Origin: Vicugna vicugna
Lineage: Eukaryota
NCBI GenBank assembly: GCA_013265495.1
Contig: MU058337.1
Location: forward strand, 4,334,880-4,378,850
Reading direction: 5' to 3'
DNA length: 43,971 bases
Below, piece after piece: positions 14,001-26,000 of the stretch. Every line of letters starts with the position of its first letter. Position 1 is the first letter of the stretch. A program made the translations under genes and the position numbers. The notes beneath the pieces are model-generated. The model ran no database searches. It saw nothing but the letters and a program-made list of their open reading frames with translations, and was not told the DNA's origin.

Positions 14001-17000
14001 GACTCAAACCTTCCTCTTCTCAAGTCAAAGGAACCACTCGTTGGTCAAGTTTTAACTGATACGGTGAAATGTGGTCTCCCAAGTGACGGGAGCCACGGCA
14101 GGGACCTGCGCAACCAGGTTAAAGAGGAGAAGGCAGAGTCCCACAAAGCTTTGCAAGCAGCTGTCCTGGAGTCTTTGGCTATCTCCACACCCATTGCACC
14201 TGAATCTAAGAGGCAGAGAAAGACGTTTCCACGTAGAGCCTTAAAAAGTAAAATGCATCCCAGATGTGTTACTATGAAGGCAAGGAAGGCACCAATTTCA
14301 CAGGTATTTAATATCCCGCGGAATGGTGGTCTAAAAATCCTACATCCATCAACCCTGAAATCACAGATTATTGACCTTTTAATTCACATAAAATACTCTG
14401 GGATCCTGGAAAACCTCACCGCAGAGGAAAAGGAAGGACTAGCCCAAGAATTACCAGCAACAACTCCGGAGTTTTTGGATATATCCACACTTGTTTCAGC
14501 TGTGTCGAAAAGAAAGCAAAACAACGTAAAACTTACAGGCAAGAGAAATAAAATGAGTCCCAAATGTGTCACTTTGAAGGCAAAGAAGGCACCAATTTCC
14601 CAGACCTTTAACTCCAGCAAAGGTGGTGCCCCAAGCCACAGGAGGCAATGGGAATGCAACTTCAAAACCATGACAAGACAGGGTCAGTCTGTGGCAGATG
14701 TCATCCTCAATGCCATTTCCTCCTCCATGCCTGTTTCACTTGACGTGGAAGTGCATAATAGAATAAAAATAGAGACGGGGAGGCCATGGAAGAGGAAATT
14801 CAGTCATGAGCTGCAAGAGCGAGGGCAGTCACCGGGTGGAGAGGGAGCCTGGGGGGCCCATTCCAGGGAGAAGAGGGGCTGGGCTGCAAAGGTCGGGGAG
14901 GAAGTCAAAGACTACGGCGGAGAAGCAGCCCCACGGAATTCTCAACACTTCACTGTTCATGCTCATAAAAAGGAGGAGCCTCACTTTGTGAAATCAGACC
15001 TAGAACGGAAGAATTCAGCAAGGAAAATAACCCCAGAGTCACTTACCATAGCTCAGGAGCTGCAGCAACATGCGTGTTTCATGCAAAATGTGTCACATTC
15101 TGTTTCCTGCTCTGTTTTGAATTTACTGCCATTTCAGAAGCTACCAAAAAGAACAAAAACCCAGAGAGGCTTAAAAGATACAGGGAGTCCAAAGATTTCA
15201 TCCCCAGTGACAGAGAAATCAATCAGTGAATCTTTAATTGTTATAGCACAGAGTGGCTTTCCATCTGGAAGAGGCCCTCGGAAGGAACTTGCTAGTTCTG
15301 TGCCAGAGGGAAAGATGAGGTTACAGACGGGTTCACAAGTGAGAAGCCTACAGTCTTTTGGTTGCTCCCAGCCAGCTTCATCTAAAATCAAAGGGTGGAG
15401 AAACGCAGCACAAATCCCTGAGTCTGGGACTGAGAAAGCACAGATGGCATCGGTTTTAAAGACAATTAACATCACTAGGTCTGGTGCCCTGAGCCGTGGA
15501 AAGGAACAGGTCCACACCTTGGATGATGTGGCCAAAGAAATACCTCAAAGTATGTCAAATATATTTATGAATGCCTTGTTTTCACTTACACCTGTTTCAC
15601 CTGCCATCAAAACACATGAAAAACTGAAAGCAGAGAAAGGCCCATTTAGGGAAAAAAGCACGTTTTTACAGCTAAAGCAAGAGGAAGGGAAAAGACTGTG
15701 TAAATATTCCTCTAATAAACGGAGCACCTCAAGCGACACACCAGAATCAAGATGGCAGCAGGAAAAAGAAAAAGAGGGCAACGAAGTTTTATTCGAAGCA
15801 GGTCTTCGACCCCTGAATAGGACAGGAAGTAGAAAAGATCAAATTATGCTTATCACAGAGCAAGATGGGCAGCAAAAAATACTGGCTTCAGAAAATATAT
15901 TGGAGTCTCTCTGTTCTCCTCTGATAATTCCATTTCCAACTGAGAAGCTGACAAAGACTGTCCCACCACAAAAAGACATACTCCATAGACTGAGTGAGAA
16001 GACAGCATGTCGGAAAAGCAGGCGAGCAAGATTTGATGGTCTTTTCACTGGGGAGGCAGAGTATTGTAGTCCATCTGCTGGGAGCCCCACAAAGAAGCCA
16101 GATGTTTCCAGTGCAGTTTCCCTACCGTGTGAAGGAGAAGAGGGAGACATAAAAACTCAAAAAGGAATAAAATACACAGCTGATCAAAATATCCCACCTC
16201 CCAAGTCAGGAATGTCAGTGCTTGGAGATCCATATGATAAAAGCGCCAAAAGGAAAGCAGGTGGTCGTGTTGCCAAGAAACACAAAGAGTTGCAAAGAGA
16301 TTCGCTAATAATATCCATGATGTCTGTCTTAGCTGAGTCTAAAAGGCATAAAAGGGCATTAAAATATCTGGAAAGGAAAGATCTTTTGGGTCCCAGATGT
16401 GTAACCGTGAAGGCAACGAAACCTCTTTGTTCACAGGTGCTTAATATCACTGAGCACGGTAATCTATACAGTAGAAAGGAACAGGAATGCAATTTAAAAT
16501 CTGTGATAAACAACATGCAACAACATCAAAGTACAGCTGATGCATTTTCATCTCCCACACCGGTTTCAACATATAACAAACTAGATATTGAAATGGATGG
16601 CACACCAAAACCAGAGGCAGATCAACCAAGAGTTCAAATACACACCCGCACCCCTCCAGAGCCAGAGAAATCACCGTGTGACCGAGAGGCATGGGAGGCC
16701 AATCTGACTGATACACAAAACCAGTCCAGCAACACAGTGAAGATGACTGTGCAGCGTGCAAAGGCAGAGAAAGACATCCCAGAAGTGTTAGCAGACTCAG
16801 TTCCACGCTGGAGCCAACACTTCCATTTCACTTCCTACCATCTGAAAAATCTTGGCTCCTGCAAATCAGAATCTAAACTGAATAGTTCAGAAGCCAGAAG
16901 CACTTGGAGTTCGTCTTGCGCAGTGCAAAATATGAGGCAAGAAAAACATGTTAGAGAATCTATTTTGGAGCCTGTTTCTAGGAATGTGATGAATTTTATT

Positions 17001-20000
17001 CAGGTACAAACACTGAAGAAAAGTCTTCATGCTCAAGAGAGAATAAAATACATGGTAGGTCTAAAGACTCCATTTCCAGAAGCTAGGAAATCAGAGACTG
17101 GCTCCATACAATGTGGTCTCTGGAATGGAAATCCTAGGAAGAAATGGGATAGTCCTATTTCTCAGAGAAAGACATGGAATCAAAGTGACTTAGTAAGAAC
17201 CATCTTAAAGCCTTTAGATTTCTCCAGCCTTTATTCACCTGAACCCCAAAGCCAGAGTTACGCATTAGAGTTTGTAGAAAAGAAAAGTACTGCGAGTCCC
17301 AAGCATGTAACTTTGGAGGCAAAGAGACTACTCGTTTCACAGTTGCTGAATACCGCAAGGTGTCTTACAGGAAACCATAGAAAGAAAAGGCACAGATTTA
17401 AGCACAAGACAAATGAGAGGCAATGGAACAGGAGCGTGAGACAGACATTATTTCATGCCACGGAGGAAGCTAACATTTCACCATCCAAGCTAGTGATCGA
17501 TAAGCTCTCATTCAATACAACAGTAAGGGATAATCTGTTTAACAACAGAACACCTCACAGAAATCTGAATGGTCATATCACAGAGGAAAAGGCAGAGTTG
17601 GAGAAAAAGGAGATGAGATTTAACATCGAGAAACAGAAGAAGAGGTTCCAGCAAGGCAGAGCCGAGGCAGAGTTAGTTCTCAATACTCTCTGTGACTCTG
17701 GATCTATTCCATCTCAAATGAAAGAGTTTATGGAAGTAAGAAGGGAGAAAGGCAGGCCACAAAAATTGATACACATTCCTCCGCAGCTGAAGCTGGAGAA
17801 ATCACCAAACAGAAGACAAACACAGTCCCTTGTTAAGAGTGCTACGTCAAGAAATATTAAAACCCTGAAACAGTACATTAGAGAGCAAGGGGAAAACTAC
17901 CGAGCTGCTTTACTAGACCTTCCCCCACAACGTAGGTACCAGCTGGTGATTAGCCAGCAGGTGAAGAAGGAGCCCGACTGTGTCAAGTTCACAGTCAATT
18001 TGAAAAGAGACGTATACCGCGATCTCCCTTCACAAAAGAGGGAACTCAGTTGCACTGCGTCTGACATCTCAAGAATTAGACCACATACAAAGCATGAACT
18101 CCTCATTGAACGGAGAGTAAAGGAAGGTGACGCAGATGTGGTCCGACATTCAGCTTCAGCTCCACAGGGGAGAGAAGTATCAGGGAAAATGGACATCTCC
18201 TTAAGTCCAAAAGGACATGTTTTGTTTCTTACGGAGTTGGCTGCTTCTCCACAGAAGACACACAAGGAGCAAGAACGGCGGGAACGAGGAAGTATTTCAG
18301 TGACACATCTGGAACCTGTCGCCTACCCCACTGTGGAAACTCCTCATTCAGAAAACACAGGAAAGGTTGCTGAGGAAGATGCGTACCTTGACAGAAGACA
18401 TGCTTCACATCTATTTGGAAGAGAAGGAGTAAAAGAAACTGCTATCTTACAAGGTTCAAAACGATATAAATTTCTTTGTACACATGGAGAGGTCCAGCAA
18501 AATATGTCTGCAGTGCAGAAAGGAGAGATGAAACCAGACTGCATTTCTGCAAGCATCCTGGATTCTGTATCTTGCCCCAGTGGGGAACCTCTTCAGGTAA
18601 AAGAGGCAGCCAATGCAACAGGGAAAGAACATGTTAGCATCCCTGTAGATTTGACTGTAAATCCATGGAGAAAAGAGAAATCAGAGGGAACTGATATTCT
18701 ATTAGAATCAAATGGACAGAAAATCAACTTTTCCAAAACACAGAAGGCAGAGCAACAAAATAGTTCTAAACAAAGTAAAGAAAATATTCTGGAATCCATG
18801 TCTTCTTGCATATTGCATCAACTCCACACTGAAAAGCTAAAGAAAGAAATCTCAGCCAAAGGAATGAGTTCAACAGTTTTGAGCCCAATGGTAGAGAAAG
18901 CATCAAACAAAACATATTTTCCAGTGGCTCCAACTCCAGGCTCGGCAGGAACTGATTTGCATACCGGAGGAAGAAAAGAGCATCGACAAGAAAGTACATG
19001 CAAGGCTCTACCACCATCTGCTTCTCATTCTTTGGTGGATAGACTCCAGGTTAAATTGCCAAGGGTAAAGAAAGCATTAAAGGAGGCAGAGAGTGCAAAG
19101 TACCACGCTTCAGATACAGAAGGAATTGGCTTGCTTTTTTCAGGAAAAGAAGAAAAGCAACCAGAATATATACAACATATTTGCCCAAATCTTGCTTCTC
19201 CCTCTTTGAGAGATGTATTTCAAAGTAAGATGCCATGTAAAAAGCAAGCTTCGGAAGAAGTAGCTAGCACTATGCATGGCACCCCAAGTGCAGAAGGAGC
19301 TGGTTTGCTAATTACAGGAAAGGGATTACAGCAACAAAAACGTACGAACGAGGCTCTTCTAAAGCCTGCGTCTCACTCGCCAGCAGGTCGACTGCACATT
19401 AGTACCTCAGTGCAGCGAGTAAAACTGGATGACACCAATATGATGCACTGTGAACATTCAACTCCGCAGGCTAAGGGAGCATTAAAAGGAATGGATGTTA
19501 CTGCTGGATATACTCAAACAAGTGAAAAGAGACAACACTTACCCAGTGCGGAACAAACACAGCAGCACCTGTTGGTTCCCTCTCAGAATTTTCTGGAGCA
19601 TAGGTCCTACCCTCAGAATGATCCCTGGTTCCTGCCGCAGTTAGTGCCTCCGGCCAAGGAAGCATTATCAGAAGCAGGCAACACGTCGAGCAGGACAAAA
19701 GGATCAGACTTGATTTCTAAAGCTCATCTGAACCCTGGAAGTGAGTATGGCCTGGAATGGGCTGTGCCCTTGATTCCTCCAAGGCAAACAAAAAGACAAA
19801 ATACAATGCTGCCTTCAGAATCATTCAGTGAAAATATAAAATATCAGGATGTCTCATTTCCAAAAGGAAAGAAAGCATCAGACGGGGCACAGGTAATTGA
19901 TTCAGTATCACATGGTAGCTCCAAGCGAAGAGAGAAGGCACAATTATGCAAAGCATATCAAAAAAAGGTACAAAAAGAGGTGTGCCTACCTGGATTGTTT

Positions 20001-23000
20001 TTACATTCTCTTTCTGTCCATTTGCCTCTTTTGCCTGAGAGTGAAAGACAGAAGAGTGACATAAAACAAGGACTTAAGAAAGGCGTAATATGCCCCGAAA
20101 GAACTTTGATGTTTAAGAAATCAGTCTCTTCAGATACGTTTAATACTGCGAACTACAGAACCCCAGGCAACAGACCAGAACTGCAGTGGGAACTAAAAGA
20201 GAAGATGGTAAATATGAAACATAAAAAGGTCAGACCTGATTTGGTTGTGACAAATACGTATGAGTTCATCCCTTTTTCACCTTACCTCAAATTGAATAAA
20301 AAGATAATTGATGAGATTATCTCAAATGTCGTAAAGGGAATAAAACACCATATATCTCAGAAAAAGAAGGATAGAATAAAAAGAGTCAATATGAAACAGA
20401 TAATGGATCCCAACGTTATTTTGAAGGCAAAGAAATCATCACTGTCACACACACACGAGGGAGAGGAATGGCCAGTGCCGCTGAACACTGTAAAAGTAGA
20501 GAGCAAGGTGCAAACAGGTAAAGGTAAGTCAGGTGTGAAACTGACAGACGTGCTGATTTCCTTACCATCTCTGTCACATCCTAATTTGAATTCAAGAATA
20601 AAAGTAGGAAAAGGTAAGTCAGGAATACCAAGGAGCTGCCTTCCGCCACTGAAGTTCCAGGCATCCTCAAATATCAGAAAAACATCATTTCCAGAGTCAA
20701 TTAGTAGGGATAGTTTAAATGATATAATAGAATCAAAACAACATTTGCCACAGAAAAAGAAGGAAGATGGAGAAGATACTGTGTATATGAAGGATACGGT
20801 GCACCGCAAATGTGCCACTTTTAGAAGAAAGAAAAATCTTTTTAAGCTTACACCGCATGGACGAGAACCACAGTGGAACAACAAAGAACAAGAGGAAATG
20901 ATGCAGGGAGATACAAGTGGTCTAGATGTAGTTCTGAACAAGCCCCATGTTTCCATTCCTTCTTCATCCTGCCTAGAATGGGGTCCTGGATTAAAAGAAG
21001 AGGCACACATGCGAGGAGTAACAGGGCTCTGCTTTCCATCACTGACCCTCCAGGAATTATCAGATGCAGTGATAACATGTGAGGAGCCAATGGGTAACAT
21101 TTTAAGCAGCATAAAAAGAGCAAAATATTTGCCACAGAAAACCGAAGATAAAGTGGAAATGAAAGAAGAAATAAGGCTTCGCAAAAGAATAGCTTTGAAG
21201 GCGAATCAGTCTCCGACTGCACAGGAGTTGCCCTTGAACATCAAAGAAAAAGAGGAAAAGATGCAGGAAGATTCGGGTGAACAAGTTGGGATTCAGAGAA
21301 GACCGCGCCTCTCTGTGTCTTCTCCACCTTACTCTGAGGTGGACACAGGAGGGAAACAAGAAGCAGTCGTGCTAAGAAAAACAAGATCCCCCTTTCCACA
21401 ACCAGAGCTCCGGGACTCATCAGATACAGGGAAAATAGCATATAAAGAGTCTACCTGTGGTGATACGGAAGAAGAAGAGAGAGTAAAAATGGCGAAAGTC
21501 GTACCTTTGAAGAAAAATAAATCACCAATTTCACAGGAAATCCAGTTGGACATCAAAGAGCAAAAGAAAAATACACAGAGAATTAAAGGTGGACCAGGTG
21601 TGGTTTTGACCTGTACGTCCCTACCTGCTCCTTCAACTGGAGATGATGTCTCAGATGATGTGAAAACGGTACAAGAGTACAAGCCCCAGAGAGGGGAGGA
21701 CGGAGGGGAAATAGCAAACATGAAATATAAAATATACCCCAAAGGCAGCACTCCCAAGGCAAAGATATTACTACCACTTCCACATTTTCCCAGTTCCCCC
21801 GGGGGGTGTGGCCCCCAAATTAGAGACATGCAGACAAACATAAGGGGAAACCTGGGACACGTACAGGACAGAACAAGTGAACGAGATGACGTTCTGGCAG
21901 GACCTTGTTTACCTCAATTTAAATTAAACAGAGTTGCAGAAGGCAAGGAAGGGAGCCAAGGAGTAGTGAGACCCTGCCTTCCATCCTCATGGCCCAAGGA
22001 ATCATCAGACACAAAGAGATTAAAATATACGACGTCACCTGTAAATGGTATCTCAAGAGATTCAAAGGGAACAAAATACACGGCACAGAGAGAAGAGAAT
22101 GAAGCAAATATTTTTGAGAGAGACCTAATGCATCCCAAAGGCTTAGCTTTGAAGGCAAATAAATCACCCCTTTTCCATGTACTCAGAGCGAAGAAACTGC
22201 AAGTCAACATTAAAGAGCAAGTGAGAACGGGGCAGGACGGTAGCAAGCACACAGTTGTGCTTCTGAGCAAAATTTGTCCTTTTGTCACTTCTTCAGCTCA
22301 TCTGAAGTTTGACACAATAAAAGAAGAGAAAGGTGAACCAGGAATAATAAGGAATTACGTGTCACCTCTCGAGCTCCAAGACTCATTGTCTTCAGTGCAG
22401 ACGGCACCTACAAAGTCAGCTGACAGCCGGAGAAAAGGAGGAAGACTGCATCCACCACCGAAAGAAAAGGCCGGAGTCCCAGCAGCAGCCCTGACCACGC
22501 GCCCCAACGGCACAGACGTCAAGGCAGGGACAGCATCGCCTCCTCACGTATTCGGTGTTGCTGAGCCCGGTGCCCGGAGTAGGAGAAAGGAACCACAGTC
22601 GAGCACTAAGAAGAGAGTGGAACAGGAGCAGGGAAGAAGCGGGGACCCGCACGTGGCTCCAGCAAAAGCTCCTCCTTCCTCGCCTTATCCATCTCACCAT
22701 AGACTGGATGCAGGAACCAAAGCAGACGCAGGATCCGCTCCTTCCCAGTTACAGCTCCCTGAGTCATCAGGTGCAGGGGGAGTCAGATACGCAGATCCCA
22801 GTCAGGGTATCAGCTCATGTAATGTCATAATAAAAGCTAACAGACACGCGCCATGTAAAGAGGCAAAGGACAGAGTCACAACAAAAGGCGGGAGAGACAG
22901 ACGATCCCCTCAAGTAACAACTTTAGAAGCCCACTCGTCCGCACTTACCCATCTACTCAGTGGAGACAGGCTGCCTCCGGATGTCAAGGAGCGAGGGGAG

Positions 23001-26000
23001 GAGGTGGTTCTGAGGGAAACGTGGGCTTCCTTACCTTCTCTATCTGACCTGCAGCGGGGCCCCAGCACAAACCAGGAGGAAGGCGCAGAAGGAATAACAC
23101 AGTCCTGTTTTCCACCACTGAAGATTTATGATCCATTCATTCCAAGCCAAAAAGCAGATACGAGGTCACTTATGTTGAAAGAGGAAGACAGACTCAAAAC
23201 AGATACTGAAGACAGAGTGCTCCCAGTCTCTCTCTCTCTGGATCAGAAGGCAGAGGAGCCACCGCTTTCACATCTACTTGACACCAAAAAACCGTGGTGG
23301 AAAATTAAAGAGCAAGGGCGAAGGGTACAGAGAAACGACACTGAACTAGTTACAAACCTGAAGAACATTTGTACTTCTTTACTTACTCTACCATGTCTTA
23401 AATCCGATGCAGCGGAAGGAGAGGGGTATGTGATAAGAATTACAAAACTGCCTCTCCCACAATCACAGTCCAAGGAATCAGCACACACAATGAAAATAGA
23501 ATATGCTGAAACAACTGATGGAGAACTTGCAAAAGATGTAAGAGAGATAAGAGAGCACATGCTACAGAAAGAGGAGGAGGACAGACAGGAAAGTGTGCAT
23601 ATGAATATTATCGTGGACCCCAATAATACGGGTTTGAAAGCAAAGGAATCGCTTGTTTTGCTTACATGCAATCCAAGTGAGCTTCAGTGGAAAACTAAAG
23701 AGCAAGAGGGAGAGGTTCAGGGAGCTAAACGGGAGCCAGGTGACCTAACGCTGCCTGAGACTTGTATTTCTAGGCCTGCCCACCTTCACCCTCATGAAAA
23801 TACCAGCATCAAGGAAGAGAGCGTGCCGATATTACCAAGATCCTCTTTTCCCCCAGTAAACTTCCAGAAGTCACCAGGTTCCGAGGAAGTGGTACATGTA
23901 GAGCCAATTGCTAGTGATACTGCGGTCAGTCCACGAAAGGAAGAACAACATATGTCCCAGAACAAGGGAGAGGATGGAGCAGAAAGAGGAAACCTCGTGT
24001 TCCCCAAACATCAAGAAAAGGAGATGCAAGAAACTAAAGCTGAACCGGGTATGGTTCCCACCACATCTTCTACTTGGTTACCATCTCTCCCTGCCCTCAG
24101 CTTGGATAAAGAAGTACAAGTAGATGATGAAATGCTAGCACTTGAAAGGTCTGTTTTGCCGAGAATATCAAATGCAGGGGAAATAGTGCGTACACAGTCA
24201 ATTAGTGGTGATATTGCGAAAGACGTTCAAAACGAGGAACAACCTATGCCTGAGAAAGAAGAGAGGGTCAGGGAAAGAACGGTAGATACGAGGGGTCCAA
24301 CACACACCACAGAGATAACTTTGAAGTCCAAGAGAATACCTCCTTCATATGTGCTCCATAGGACAGAATTGCATCTGAACATCAGAGGGATAGAGCCAAA
24401 GAAACAGGAAGGTCAAGGTAACCCGCCCAGTATGATGCTAAGAAAAATGTATGTTTCCATACCTCCTACTGAGCTGAAATCGGATCAAGGTACACAAGTA
24501 GATGAAGAAGGGCCTGGAATGAAAAGATCCTCTTTGCAAAGAAAAATACTTGTTTCCAGACCTCGAATTAAGCTGAAATTGGATAAAGGCACACAGGTAG
24601 ATGAAGGAGGGCTTGGAATTAAAAGATCCTCTCTGTTAAGAAAAATGTATGTTTCCAGACCTCTAATTAAGCTGAAACTGGATAAAGGCACACAAGTAGA
24701 TGAAGAAAGACTTGGAATTAAAAGACCTTCCCTGCTTCCACTGATGCTTTCAGCATTATCAGATGCAGAGAAGAGAGCAGATTCAAAGGGAACTGGAAAA
24801 CAACACACGTCAGAGAAAGAAAAAAAGTATGACATGAAAAAAGTAGACATGCGGATCAGGATGCATCACAAAGAGGGAAGACTTTCCCCAATTTCACATG
24901 TCCTTGGTACAAAGGAATTTGTGTTGAATGTTATTAAAGAGCCAGGGAGGCGTGTACACAAAGGTAAAGATGAACCAGGTGTGGTTCTGACAAGGACTTT
25001 CCTTTCTATCCCGTCAGCACCTCTTTATCTAGATTCAGGGAGCAAAATGGACAAAGATATGCCAGGAATCACGGGATCCTCTTATCCACAGCAAAATCTC
25101 CAAGAATCATCAGACACCCAGGAAACAGCAATCAGAGAGTCAGTTAGTGGCGACAGTGAACTGGTTAAGAACGCTGAACACTCGGTTCCAGGAGAAGAGG
25201 CCAAGCGACAGTGGACCTCCAACTTCATGATCAGCATCCAGCAAAGGAGGGAGCCTCCACGAGTCAAATCTGAAGGAGATCTGAGTGAGTTAAATTCACA
25301 GCATGAGGGCCTCTATTTTACAGGACTTGGTACCATAAGAGGTGGGAAAAGGCTGGAATATTTCTTCACAGGGCAAGAGGCTCAGCGAGAAAAATACAGA
25401 ACAGCACATTTTACTACGTTTCTTTCCTTCCCCGCGATAGATCTAACTAACATTGAAAGTCTGAAGAATGAAACGGAAATAATGAATAGCCTGAGCCATA
25501 GAATAAGTCCTCAGGACTTAGTTTCGCTGCCGAGGAAAATATCCAAGGAAATGTGTGCCACGCGTGGCACCCCTGTCAGTTTAGAAGGATTTTCTGCTTC
25601 AGAGCAAGATGCCCACCAACAAGAGACCTTATCAAAGGCGTCTCCAGGATCTGCAGATTCATGTAAATTTGATAAACCAGAGGAAGATGGACAAAATAAT
25701 GAAAAAATAAGCGAAACGTCCCCTCCCAAAGTGCTGGCAAAGGAATCAGTTGAGAAAATGAGTATCACAGAGTCAAATGCCCCCCCGAATATAGAACAAG
25801 AAATTGTCACGGAAAAGCAAATGGTGCTGCGGTCTGGGAGTGGGCGGCAGACCAGGGTGGATTCTAGCCTTTCTCTGAAGATTCCACTTCAAAATGGAAA
25901 GCAGAGGACACCGCTAGAAATAGATGTGCATAAGCAAACTACAGTCTACCCTGGAGCACAAGTACTACCAAGAATGCACATGGATATTACAGAGTTTGAT

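Noticed and set aside
24441..24737. CRISPR-like array
   Set aside because: Contiguous in-frame coding repeats without unique spacers, in a mammalian exon.
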